A program made the position numbers and the translations under genes. Below, in pieces: positions 1-12,787 of a DNA stretch of 64,000 nt. The notes beneath the pieces were generated by a model. That model made no database searches. It was not told the origin of the DNA and saw only the letters and a program-made list of their open reading frames with translations. Position 1 is the stretch's first letter, and the number at the start of each line of letters is the position of its first letter. This stretch comes from Nageia nagi (Eukaryota; Plantae; Pinophyta), in contig JBITNC010000001.1 in assembly GCA_050084985.1 (NCBI GenBank), positions 149,916,001 through 149,980,000 on the forward strand, given 5' to 3'.

Positions 1-688
1 CCTCTTTTTTTACTTAAATGTTTATCCCTAAAGCTAGCATACTAAATAATTTATCCTTAAAAGTATTTGTATGTTAAAAAAACAATTATACTCAAAAATA
101 TTTTTAAATGAGGGTATTTAATAGCAATGATGCATTTTGACTATCTTTTTACTCTAAAGTAATGTAATCATGACAATGGTTTAAATTTGGAGTATAAATG
201 CATTTAGTAAAGAAGTGGCTTGTAAGCAAAGAAAGAATAAAAATTAAATGCCCTCCAAAAAATATACATTTACTTCTAGATAACTTGCAAGTATTAAATG
301 AAAAGAAGGAGACCCATGCATAGTTAATGCTACTCAAGCATTCCAAGGACAAAAATACTCTAAGTAAAAAATAAATGCTTATAGGTACAAAGATGACCAC
401 CCCTCCCTTAAAAAGGAGAAAATATTGCTTAAGTATATTGCAAGTAATTCAATGCTCCTTGGGAGCCACCCTTTGCATGGAAATGAAAAAGAAATTAATG
501 CATAGATAGTAAAAAAAAAAAGGACTTCCTATTATCCTCTAAGGCAAGAGTAGGAGGTGCTTATGGAGAAATTTCAACAACTTAATGGAAAGTTAAAATT
601 TTTATTAATAGTGCATAGGGTCGAGAGGAGGGAGGTTGTATGGAGGTCTACATAAGGAAGCAGATTCCAAGAGGAAGGTAGAGGACTA

Positions 689-954
689 TGAGGAGGAAGA
701 CCAATGTGCGATGTGAGGAGAAGGGAGTAATGGACCATAAGGAGGAAGACCAGTGCACGATGTAAGGAGAAGGGAGCAAAGGACCATGAGGAGGAAGACT
801 AGTATGCAGTGTGAGGATAAGAGAGAAAAAAGCCATGAGGACCTTCAAACTAGTGCATGACATGAGGAGAAGGGAGTAGAGGACCACAAGGAGGAAGACC
901 AGTGCATGATGTGAGGAGAAGGTCGCAAAGAACCACGAGGAGGAAGACCATGCA
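689..954. repeat. Purine-rich tandem repeat, ~49-bp unit, ~5.4 copies
   Basis: Units like TGAGGAGGAAGACCAGTGCACGATGTGAGGAGAAGGGAGTAATGGACCA start at ~689, 738, 787, 836, 887 and 936. ORF 648..971(-) is just this repeat translated. Confidence 0.9.
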
Positions 955-1761
955 TAGCTTGAAATAGTCACAAGGGGAAAAAAAATAAATAGGCTACAAT
1001 GAGGGGATCAGATGCCAGGCATGGTGTATTAAACACAAGAAATAAGGAGGAGGATATGTAGCCAAGCTAGAGGAATGCAACTAATAGGGGTGGAGTGGCT
1101 GCCATTTTTCTTTTTGAAATAGTCTCCTTCTTTGGAAGAAACACCTCCCTTAAAAAATAAAATTTTTGCATAATGTTTTTAATATATAAAAAAAACTTGA
1201 AGTTTTCCTATTTAGTTTTATGTAATTTTTTTGTAAATTTGTAAATTTTTGTACATTGTAAATTTGTAAATTTTTGTGCAAAAAAAATATAAACATGTAT
1301 ATTTTTGAAAGAAAAACTTCAAATTAAATTTGTAATTTTTTTTATCTACAAACATTTTAGATATACAACAAATATATACATGTATATTTTTGAAAGAGAA
1401 ATATACAAATGTGAGAAATTTCAAATTAAAGATATGTAAATTGTTTTTTTTAAATATTTATAGCAATATATTAATTTTTTTGTAAAAAAATTGTAACTAA
1501 CATGAAAGATGTTAGTACAAAAAAAAATGCATAACAATATATTGCTATTTTTATGGTAATTTGCAAAAAAATGAACTAACATGGTATCATACCATACCAC
1601 ACAAAAAAATGTTAGTATCATAATGAAGTAATCCAAAAAATAACCAAGGAATTTATACCTCAAAAAGACCTAAAAGTTGAAGGAAGAAGACCTCCAAGTT
1701 GAATGAAGAAGATCTCCAAGTTGTAGAAGAAGAGCCTCAACACCAAACTCTAATACCAATT

Positions 1762-2262
1762 TGAGGGGACTAACACTAACAAGATAATTTTTAAACAACC
1801 AAGATCACATGAAAGCTCTCAATTCACATCTAACTATCACATAAAGCAATCCCACAAAGATAACATAATATGTAAGTGGTTCCTCCAACTAGGAGTACAT
1901 CCACTAACTAGATCTTTACTTCAATCACAAATACAACTCTCTTACAATCCTCCTAATCTCAACTCCTACACTCCTATCCTATAACATAACTTTACTCCAC
2001 ACTTGGTTTGTGATCAGAAAGAGGGAGCCTTCTATTTATAGGCCAAAATTCCTCTTTGGATCACCCTTTTATCCAATGTACAAAAGCATGATATACACAT
2101 CCTTTTACCCAAGGGGCATGCTCATGACATGGAATGTAGGACAAGTTACATTATCATATTCACTTAAATACTTAAGTTATCAAATGATACCCTTAAGTAT
2201 TATTGAATTTACATATAAGATTTAATACAAACCTTTACAATAATGTATTATACATTCCAACA
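1762..2262 (-). repeat. 5' LTR (~500 bp) of the Copia-type element
   Basis: Begins TGTTGGAATG on the minus strand, ends ..CCCCTCA next to the PBS, and contains a TATAAATA box (plus tatttata 2033-2040). Confidence 0.7.
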
Positions 2263-2269
2263 ATAAGGT

Positions 2270-3070
2270 TAATTGCTAACTATCTTGAAGTACAAAAATC
2301 ATCCAATGCATCCAATTGGCATTGAATTACCTTAGTAGTTGAGGCTAGAAGGATAACATCATTTGCAAAATGAATAATAGATACCAATACATTATGAATT
2401 AAATAAACCATCATCTATATATGTATATGTAAAGATAAATGAATTAAAGTCATATATGTAGATCACAAAAGTGTGGGGAAAGGGAACAAATTTATTCCAC
2501 TCCTATGGTATTAATAATTTCATCAAAAGGCCTTCAAAGGAAGGAAAACATTTGATTAGTGTCTTGTACAATCAGGATATTGTAGTAAACAGATCTCCAA
2601 AAATGCTAATTTATTAGAGTCTCTCAAATAGAATATGTCAAGGCACGGTATCAAAAGTTATCTTAAAATCCATAAAGTAACAATAAACTCTTTAGAACAT
2701 TCCTCCTTTATGATATCCCTAAGAATTTACCCAAATCCTTAATGTAGCCATACCATTTTCTTCTCTCACCTATGATGAATTAGCATTATTCCACAACTAG
2801 TTTTCCTTCATATCTATATGGAAGATTGCCAATCTAATAATACCTCTAGTAATTTTGAAACTTGAAAAGCATTCAACATACTCTAGGTAAATTCAAGACA
2901 AGTTTAACTTATATATCCCAAAGCTCCCTCAATTTAAGTTCTTACTCAAATACTTGTTATGCAAGACCATCTTGCAAGCACCTCAAATGTATGACAAGTA
3001 TGGATAAATTGAAAAATAATAGAAAATAATGGATTAATTGAAATCATTTCATTTTGGTATAAAGTTCCTT
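2270..3070 (-). pseudogene. RTE-clade non-LTR retrotransposon reverse transcriptase fragment
   Basis: Minus-strand translation gives YCYFMDFKITFDTVP (cf. CCFVDFRKAFDTVPR) and IIHFANDVILLA (cf. LLFADDVVL). Many stop codons. Confidence 0.75.
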
Positions 3071-3119
3071 TCTTTACAATATTATTTTATATCAAAATCA
3101 TAGCAAAATAAATCTATAG

Positions 3120-5542
3120 TTGCATTATTTTTACCTAATTATTTCAATTATCTTCTATTTGAATCCCAAAATTTCTTGCAAGGTAGAATTAGCACCCATA
3201 TTTTATTTTTTGTCTCTTATTTTATTTTTTTTCTCTTATTTATTCAATCATATCACTAACATTTTCTTCCTTGTGGGTTTACAATATTGGGGTTATAGTT
3301 TTCATTTTTTTGATATAATGTATCTTTTATTTTTTAAAGTTATCTTGTTGTAATTATATAGAAAATAATTTTTCAACTTTTTCACTTTCTATGGTGTATT
3401 AATTTTCAATATCTTGAGCTTCTTCACTTTCTTTATCTTCTTCATCATTCTCTTACTTCCATTTTTCCCTATTTTATTCCTAGGTTGTCTCTTATGTTGT
3501 AATTTTATTATTTTCTATATTTGTTGATCTTGTTCTAAATTCATTTTCATTTCTTCCACTTATAATTTTAATACTTGAATTGATAAATCATATTCTTATT
3601 ATGCATCAAATTCTTCCATTTCTACATTTTCTTCATTTTTCCTATCACTTATTGCTAGCTTTCTTTCTCCTATTCTTTCTCATTTGATTCATGTTTTTTG
3701 ATACATGATAAAAAGGGATGGTTTTACTAGATCCCACAAACAAGCTAAAAAATATGATAATTTAGTCTATATTATATCATATAATATTGAATACACCTAA
3801 TATATAATGTATTTATTCCTTCTTCTTCCCTTAATATAGTGTTGCTACAACTACCATCCTCCTGGATCCATGTGTATCCATATGCAGAATCATTATTGGA
3901 ATTGGACTTACCACCTATGTATTTCCTTTGTTTGCTTCCTTTTCAGCTCTTCTTAGTCATCTTACATACCATAGAGCCACTTTTATCTTTTGCTAGTTTA
4001 GCACCACTATATTTATTTACATATTGCTTATACTTTATGCAAGTTTCACCAACCACTAGATCCTTATGATACTTAAGTGATTCCTTCTCTTGAGTCTTCA
4101 CTTGTGCTTTTGTTGCTTTACATTGTCCCTTAGCTTTGGATGTGGAATTGGGAGGAGTCTTCCCTTTCATTTCCAATGGTATTAGAGGAACAACCAAAGC
4201 TAGTTTAACCATTTCCTTATATTACTTGTAACATTATTTTATACTTGAAACTAAATTTATCTTTTCCATTCTTCACCATTGGCTTTGGGGTGGCTTCAAT
4301 CTCTTAGGAAGAAAATGATTTCTTCTTCATTTCTTCCTAATTCTATTATTTTAATTCATTATTCTTTGATTTCAATGACTCAACAAACTTCTTTTTCTTT
4401 AGATATTTAGAGAGCTTCTAAGGGACCACCACCTCTATAGGCTTCTCAATCTCTATTTTCTCTTGGATCTTCTCCTCTTCAAGTTTTGATGCCTCTCCTA
4501 GATAAAAATATTCCTCACTAATATCTATATGTTATATGTATTTTACTTGGATAGAAACAAGGAAATAGATTTTAATTCTTATGCTTTCCTTTTTAAGGAT
4601 ATCATAGAATTAAGGATATACTTCATACCTTTCTTGTATAGAAACAAGGAAATAGATTTTGACTTTTATGCTTTCCTTTTTACAAATTCTACCATTGAAA
4701 CCTTTGGAGAGATATGCTCAACTTCTTTCATATCATTCTATCTACATTCTATTATTTCTTTTTTTAATTATTGCCTTTACTTCTCTAAATCTTATCTTTG
4801 AGAAATCAAGCTACCCACTCCCTTCTCTACTTATTTGATTTCACTACATGGATAACTTCCTCCAATTATGACTTAGGTGCCTTTTCTTTCTTTGAAATCT
4901 CCTTCCCTTCTTGGCTATTTAGAGCTACATCCAAAGTCATGTTGACTACCCATTCATCCATCTAGTAAATCATGCCTCAATGCAGTGCAAAATTTTCCTT
5001 TCCCCTCTTAACTAGAGCAACATATCTTCTTATCAAGGTGAGTAGAAAAAAGAGGAAGCATATCCTCCTATCATCCCTCTTGAATTACTTTATAAAATTG
5101 ATGTGAGGACCATAATTAAATATGGGTGAACCATCCTTCCAAGGTGAAGTAGTGGATTATCCATTCTCCTACTCAATCTCAAGGCCTCAAAAAGTCTCAG
5201 ATAGTCATATTCATAGTTCACCTTCTCCAGTTCTTCTTCCTCTTTACAAAATTCATATATTTTTTCCTATTTGATCCTCATAGCTATGTCATAAAATTAC
5301 CCTTCCAATATTAAATTTTTCATTTCTGTAATTGCCTCTTTGAAAATATCTACCCAAATGGAACCCATCAAGGCACAATTATCCTTCCAAGCCTTGGCCA
5401 CATTGTATTACAATTTCATATCATGCCCACAATAATGTTTGATAAACTTTATCATTATTTATTTTCAATATCTCTTCCAAACCCTCTTAACTTCCTTTAC
5501 CTAATGAAAATTTCAAGGTTCCACTCGCTTAATCTTCCCCAT
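3120..5542 (-). pseudogene. Large decayed accessory ORF ('ORF3') downstream of the L1 ORF2: globular N-terminus plus Lys/Glu-rich coiled-coil-like C-terminus
   Basis: ATG at 5542 reads MGKIKRVEP..VWKRY..IKFIKHYCGHD..VAKAWKDN..IFKEAITEMKNLILEG, then after a frameshift IIHYFTLEGWFTH..LH*GMI. ORF 3943..4212(-) lies inside it. There is an in-frame 87-bp internal duplication (4551/4638). Confidence 0.6.
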
Positions 5543-5549
5543 ATCCCTA

Positions 5550-8500
5550 GTAATCAATGATGCATATAGAGAATTTAAACCATAATTCCACCCTAAGTCC
5601 ATATCATACCACCTTTCTCTATCAATCACATTAGTGCATATAAGATGGTACTTGGGGGTTGTGAAATATTCTTTATCATTCGAGCCATGTGATTGAGATC
5701 CCTCCATTTCATGTTAACACTTTCTAAAATCATGATGCATCCATAATATCCTCCACCTCACCATCCCTAATGGATGGTGGAACCTCAAAGTGGAATCTTT
5801 TTAACATGTCAGCAATTATCAAGTCAATGGTGAAGTCTAATTTCAAACAAATAAATATATTTTCCTTAGTGGCTTCAACTTCTTTCTTCAAAAGTTTGGA
5901 TATGGGAAGGCTTAAATATCTAAAATTTATTTGTTGCTTTCCTTTTAAAAGGTTTTAGAAAATATGTGGTTCCATTAGATTATAGGCCTTTTCTAATTTT
6001 CCTCCTCCTTTATTTAGAACCCAATCTCTAGAAGTCATCCTATATACTATGGCATTACTCCTTAGAACCCTAATAAACTATAAATGAAATACCACATCTT
6101 AGTGGAAATTGAACAATGAAGGACAAATGACCCATTGTTTCTTCGTCCATTGCACATACTACAAATTGGTTAGGAAAATTCATTCCCACTTTCCTGAGAT
6201 TGTCATTGGTCATCATTCCATTCAACACTACAATCCAAGTGAAATAAGAAATTTTTGGAATAAGGGATTCAGGCCATATCTTATCCCATAAGCCTTTCTT
6301 AGAATCTAAATTTTATAGAGTAGTCTTGATTTAATACTTTTTCTCTGATCTAATTTAACACATCATCCTTTTCTATGGAAGAATTTTGATGGATTTGGTT
6401 ATTGAATTATTGGAGGATTCCTTTAATTGCAATATTAGGTACTAGTGGATGTAATCTTGAACCCTACATCCAATATTAACTTTGGCACATTTTTAAGCTT
6501 GAGTGTTGCCTTGTTATAGCCCTAGAGGAACTGGTGATAACCAAGGATCATCTCAAAATAAAACTTCATTTCCTTTATTTATTTCCCATTTATAATGCAA
6601 CTAAATTGAATTCCTTATATCAACCAATCCATTCCATAAGGCTAATCCTTTTGAAGGGTTTACAATTATTAATAGGTTATTAGCTCCTTCCATGTACTTG
6701 GCATGAAGTATCTAAACCCAATCATTATTTAACCATAACATTATAACTTCCATGTAATCTTCATTCAAAAGGATTGATTTACACATCCACTTGATCTTAA
6801 TCTCACCCCTCCTTAACTTTCAATCATAAATGTATTCTCTAAAATTGTTAAGTGAATTATGTCCTTTTCCTCACCTCCTACCTAAACAAAATTCCTACAG
6901 ATATGATTAATCTTTTTAAACACCAAAGCTAGGATTTTTGAATATATTGGTATAATAAATAGAAATAATTTTAAGAGTAGTATTAACCAATTAGATTTTA
7001 TCACCTTGGATCAATAATTCTCCTCTCCATATTGATACATTGTTACTAATTCTATCTATGAATCTATCCCAAAATTCCTTCTTGACCCTTCCTCCAAATC
7101 ATAGGGGGGGTCACTGTTAGAAAATGCTAAATACCATGTGTGAAAATACATGGGCTATTTTTAATATCTAGTTCAACTAGCAGTGTATTGAGAAGTATTT
7201 TATAAGGGGAAGGTTTTTTTTTTTAAGAATCCCATTTTCATAAGTATTTTGAAGGCTTTCTACTAAGTTACCTCCCATGCTCTAAATAATATCATACCGA
7301 AGTATTTATATGGTAGGGAGTATTCTTCACAATTGAAGGTATTAGATATCTATCTCTATCTTCCTTCGAAAGTGTTGAAAAAAGCTATTTAGGTTTTATT
7401 AAAATTTATTTTTTGATGTGAGGCCATCTCATACTTTGTTAAAATTGTATCAACACTTTTTCTTCTTTAACTAATGCCTGACTAGCTAGTATTACATCAT
7501 CTTTAAACTAGTAGTGAGTAGGCTTCACATTCATGATCTAGGATAATTCCTTTGATTCTTTTCTTAGCCTTTATAATTTTTAGAGATCTACCTAAAGCTT
7601 CATCGATAATAATAAATAGATAAGGTGAAATCAAATTTACCTAAGTCTCCACTTTGAATTTAAAAAAAATAATCACTTCATCATTAATTAGCATTCAAAA
7701 TGTTACAATTGAAATACAAGTTCAAATCCACCTCCTCCATTGAGAATTAAATTCAAATCCTTCTAAGATCATATCCCAAAAACCCTATGATAATCGATCA
7801 TAATATTTCTACATATCTAATTTGACTAACATACTTACTTCATTTTTCACTTTAACTATGTTTATCAACTCATGCATTGTTATGAATTATTATTCCAATC
7901 CTAATTTATCTCCCTTTTACAAATCCATCCTATTCTTGATATATTAGTTTAGGGAGAATTTACTGAAGCATGTTTACCAAAATTTTGGTGATTATTTTGT
8001 ATATAGTGTTGTACAAACTAATGAGATTAAAATGTTTAAGATCAATTGCATCTTATACCTTTAGAATGAGACAAAGGAATGTAGTATTCCATTTTCCTAT
8101 AAGGGAATCATTTTTCTATAATTCCTTGATATCCCATGTAAATCCCTCACTAAGGATGTGCTATAAGGTTTCAAATAATATAGCATGAAACCATCTGACC
8201 AGGTACCCTATATTTTTCCATCATAAATACAATCATTTCAACTTATTCTTCTAAAAAGGGCTTGGTCAGATAAGTATTATCCTCTCATATAATATTTTTT
8301 GGAGTATTCTTTTGAATTTTTTAGATTAACAAAAGGTTATCCTCTTGATTAGGCACCAATAAATTCTCATAAAATATTACTTCTCTTTCATTAATTTACA
8401 TTAGAGCATCTATTAAAAATTCATCCTCCAACTAGATTTTTCTAATTCAATTAAAGGATCTATATCTCAAAGTAGTAGTACAAAAAGTTTTGTTATTCTT

Positions 8501-9603
8501 GTCACCTTCCCATAGCTAATTAATTTTATACTTTTGCATCCAATGTATCTCCTCTTATAACTTGTTATTCATGTATTCCTTTCTTAGTTCCCCTTCCTAA
8601 ATTTCTTCTTCATTTTTTCTAGCTCTTTCTTCTTCTTGATGGGAGTCTTCAATTTCTTGTAATCTTATGTTGATATCTTCTTCCCTTATTATTATATTCT
8701 AAAAAAATACCATATTCCATTCCTTCAATTTATCTTTCAAAACTTGTAGTTTGGCTACAAATATTTTTGTTCCATGGACCAATTTTCTATCCCACCACTC
8801 TTGAATCCTATCTTTTAACTTTGTGTTCTTAATCACATAGCCTTAAATATGAAAGGAAATTTTGCTTAACAAAGTGTTCACCCATGAGAAGCATTAGACT
8901 ATGATCTGAGTCAATCTTAGGTTTACAACATATGTGATTTTCTAGAAACTAATTAATCAAATCTAAAGAGCATATATCCTTATATAATCTACACTGAATG
9001 GAATTTTCCTTAGACTAATTATTGTACCAAGTAAAAGTATTCAAGTAAAAGTATTACCATTCAAACTTAGATCCATAAGCTCCAAATGATTCATGAACAC
9101 TCTCAAAACCTCCATATTCCCCTTGAATTCTTCCATCCCCTTGAAAATTTCTTTGATTCATTCATAATAGTGTTGAAGTCACCCATAATTAGCCATGGGA
9201 GATGAATAAATTCCAATCTATCTCTAATTATACTTTCTAATAATCTTCTCTTTTTATAGGGGTCATTGTAGGCATATATGTTTGTTTCAATATACTCAAA
9301 AATTAGAACTAATTATTTTAATATGCATATGGAGATATATATTAGATACATTAGGATAGGGAGTACATTTTATAGAATTTAGATTCCATAATATGATTAG
9401 ACTCCCAGATTATCCATTTGGTTTTATCTAATCAAAATTTTCTCTCTCCAAAACTTATTTGCCACTTCTACCACCTTATCCTTCTTCACCTTAATCTCAT
9501 TCACTAACAAAAAATCAAGATGAACTTCTCTCTAGTGATCCTTCATGATCCTCTACTTGTCTAGGGCATGATAGCCCCATACATTCCAACTAATAATAAT
9601 CAT
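5550..9603 (-). pseudogene. Plant L1 LINE ORF2 (AP endonuclease - RT - zf-RVT), decayed
   Basis: Starts MIIISWNVWG at 9603. Endonuclease motifs PWLIMGDFN (~9170), FTWYN (~9030) and DSDH (~8905). RT motifs LVKLDM*KYYDR (~7810) and FKDDVI (~7500). zf-RVT LWDKIW..PKISYFTW..TNDNLRKVG..C..DEETMGHL (~6090-6300). Confidence 0.9.
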
Positions 9604-10485
9604 TGAGGACCTCTTGGGGTATGTTGACTCCCACTCTTCTCTAGAGTGTGTTGTGTTCCATTGGTGATATCCTCAATTATCTTATTTGTTCTTACTTCAT
9701 AATTGGACATCATTACTACATTTCCTTTACCTATATTTGATATCTTACTTATTGTATTATTAAAATATCCTCTTACATCTAGTGCCTTTGAATCATCAAT
9801 ATCCATTTTTTTATCTTTTCCCATTCATTAATCACCTTTTTAAGATCCATATTGATTTTTCTCCTCATTTTGTGTACTTTCTACTTCACTTCTTTGTCAC
9901 TTCCTACTTCTAGTTTTCTCTATTTCTTTATTATTAATTTTTATTGTTCCATATATAATTACTAATGATAATTATCTTACTTCCTCTATAATCTAGACTA
10001 TTTTAATACTTTCATTTAGATTTAATAAATGAAATGAGTTCTTAGTGTCATAAGTGGCTAACCTTATAAAATTTTCTCTACCTCTATTTTCTTGGAATCA
10101 ATCCTTCCTCTACAATCCTTGATTCCTTCATGTAGGGATCTTCCAACCTTCCTATGCCTTAGGGATGTTCATATTTTCTTTCTTCTTCTTATCAAAATAT
10201 TCCCTATCATAATGATTGAATTTGCTACATATGTTGCATATGATAAGCAAATTTTCATAAATTATTTCCTATTCCTAGGTTTCACCACCTTCCTTTTAGA
10301 ATATAGATTTTGTACCTCAATTCCTTTGTAATATCAATGTCAATACAAAACTAAGTTTTTTTTCATTATATTCTCAATTCTTATGACTTTATCAATTGAT
10401 ACTTGTGATCCTACTATATTAACAATTTCAGAAATCACATTCATATCCTAATAATATAATGCAAAATTAGGTAAATTTACTGATA
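9600..10485 (-). pseudogene. L1 ORF1, 5'-truncated (end of DUF4283-type region plus zinc knuckle)
   Basis: Minus strand reads VNLPNFALYY..FCIDIDITKEL..IYENLLIICNICSKFNH. ORF 9600..9824 ends PRGPQ* with its TGA overlapping the ORF2 ATG (ATGA overlap). Confidence 0.8.
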
Positions 10486-10494
10486 CATAAAATA

Positions 10495-10980
10495 AAATCA
10501 TTTAATTTTCATTTATATCATCTTCATCAATAGGAGATACAATATATTTTCCTCTAGGATCAATATTAATTACAAAATATATTATCTCATCCTCTACATT
10601 TAGACTGAAAAATACTTGACTACAATGTTGTGGTAAAGCATAAGGCTCTTTATGTTCAGCTAAATATGTTGTGGAGTTGATTGCAAAGTATTCACTATTA
10701 TCATCATATAAGATTGTTCTTATATCAAGTGTGTCAAACCATTTACATTTAAATACTACATATTGGAATTACCTATAATCTAATTGAATAATTTATTGAG
10801 TTTTTCCAACATATTGTAATGTTCCTTCTATTAATTTTTTATCTCTTGTAGTTGCATGACTTGCTTGGTCAAAATCAACCATCATTCTATAGTCAAATGT
10901 CACTCAATTCTAATCAATGTTTTCAATTCTAAAGTGTTGACCATATTCCCACATTGAATAGAAAGATAATATCTACAAAT
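10495..10980 (-). pseudogene. CACTA/En-Spm TnpD-like transposase, C-terminal exon (DUF4216-like)
   Basis: FYSMWEYGQHFRIE..IQLDYR*FQYVVFKCKWFD..EPYALPQHCSQVFF. Confidence 0.85.
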
Positions 10981-11029
10981 ATTTATATGAAAAATATTAA
11001 TAGCGCAATCATTTTTTAATAATAGGGTA

Positions 11030-12330
11030 AATTTTGTATTAATAAAAAATCTAGAGTTTTGAAAGGGCTCCATAAACCTTTACATCAAAAGATTTTACAT
11101 TTAAGCTCAATAAGAGATCCAAAACTTATCAAATTTACCTCTTACAAAAATAAAGTATAATGACAAACATAAATAAAAGAAATTTAAGGAACATTAAATT
11201 TGAAATTATGATCTAACTACTTATATGAAATTTCAAAATTAAAAATTTCTTTGATCTCTACAGATTTTAGCTTTGATCTCTCCACTAGATATGTAGGGTT
11301 TACCATTGATTGATGCTTCCTTACTAATTTCAGAATGTTCATGGTTTTTCATTGGGTCTTTCAACATATATTCTTTTTCCTCAAGTTAATTTGTCCATAG
11401 ATTCAAAGTAATATTTGTTCCTAATGCTATCTTCTTTGTATAAGGCTAATGAAGCAAAATAGAGATTAAAATTTTGTACCCAATGTAAAAATCTTCCAAA
11501 AAAGGATGATTATGAATTACAAAGCATATCATTGTTCATAAGAGGGAAAGGGAAAGATTTCACTAGCCATACCTTAGGCTTTTCACCAACAAAAATCCAA
11601 GTACCCCACAGGGGTTACTCCAACATCCTTGTAGCTTTTTCTCACTCTCTTTGCCTTACAATGTCCCATATTATCACTTGAAACATGCAATAGTTGTTGC
11701 ATTTATCTCCTATAATTTATTTTACATAGTGTCCATTGATTAAGTTCAAAAACCCCCCTTACATTTCCAATAGTATCAAGGTCTAAAATCACTTATTTTC
11801 CTTCTTTATTTATAGTGTCCTACTCATGCAACTTCCTTCTCTATCCATAGTTTCCAATCATGTAGACAAACATCACCTAGTTGAATGCTATTTAGTCTTT
11901 ATCACTTGGTGTCTTTCATCTCAATGCTACAACATGTCACCTATAGAAGACCTCACATATCTCCTTAGGATTTCTTATGTAAGCCCACTTGTGGATAATA
12001 TATTTATATAAACTATCATGTAAAATCATTATTTATATAATAATTACATTTTGATTAGATCCAATGGCTATATTTTGAACATCTTCACTTATGTTTTCAT
12101 CTCCTTGTCTTTCTTTCTCATCAATTACTTCCCTCAACCATGACCTCGGGCACTCTGTTGGACAATTTTTGTCTCTTATTTATGTAGGTAGAGGTGTACC
12201 TCTTGTATTTTGTCTACAAGACAAGCCACATTCTTTTGTTAGTCTACTTCTTTTACTTTTGTATAATTCAATCCACTCCTTGCAATATTCCATATTCATC
12301 ATGACAAACTAGTTTATAAATTTAAACTCA
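11030..12330 (-). mobile_element. Ty3/Gypsy-type integrase fragment with a short 3' tail and no LTR, inside a TnpD intron
   Basis: Decayed motifs PLDLIK..IIHKWAY (integrase core start), LE*PLWGTW..PFPLM (cf. LWAYR..PF.L.YG) and C-terminal VNGKP near 11300. Confidence 0.55.
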
Positions 12331-12479
12331 TGATAATCTGTAAAATCATGATGACATAAGATACATCCATTAGTAACCATTAATTAAATTAAATCCAAAA
12401 TGTATGTTATACATATTATTATAAATTAGTAATATCTTTAATATTATTAGTACCTTTAATAATATCATTTTTCCTATTA

Positions 12480-12787
12480 TATTCCCAAATCTCTCCTTCA
12501 AATTTTTCTATGTTTTTGTCTACTTGCCACATCTTTGGTGTAAAAGGATAAATTTAGGAAATGTACTCAGATGCATAAAAAAAATATTCTTATACAATGT
12601 ATCCCTCACCCATTGATCCTTCTATCCATGATTTTTTTTCTATTTTTTTTTAATATTTTTAAAAATATCTCCACAAAAACATGCTTCTAACACTTATAAC
12701 ATATGTTATTTCTATTTCATCTAATAGATGGATCAATATGTGCACTTGTATATCTATAAAAGTAGCAAAATTTTCATTTTTAAATGT
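12480..12787 (-). pseudogene. CACTA TnpD exon (DUF4218-like)
   Basis: IDIQVHILIHLLDEIEI..RSMF..WIEGSMGEGYIV*E (cf. FDIMVHLxxHL..EGSxAEGY). Confidence 0.85.

Larger units (their letters stand above)
1..2262 (-). mobile_element. 5' part of a Ty1/Copia-type LTR element (LTR, tRNA-Met PBS, non-coding repeat-rich interior running off the window)
   Basis: TG..CA segment 1762-2262. On the minus strand it is followed by TGGTATTAGAG (plus 1748-1758 ctctaatacca), one mismatch from the iMet PBS TGGTATCAGAG. No gag or pol motif seen in 1-1740. Confidence 0.65.

Noticed and set aside
648-971. Hydrophobic 107-aa ORF as a membrane protein
   Set aside because: It is the antisense translation of a purine-rich 49-bp repeat whose period is not a multiple of 3.
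3120-4801. Plus-strand Phe/Leu-rich ORFs (3120..3353, 3839..4069, 4529..4801) as small membrane proteins
   Set aside because: They are shadows of the Lys/Glu-rich minus-strand ORF.
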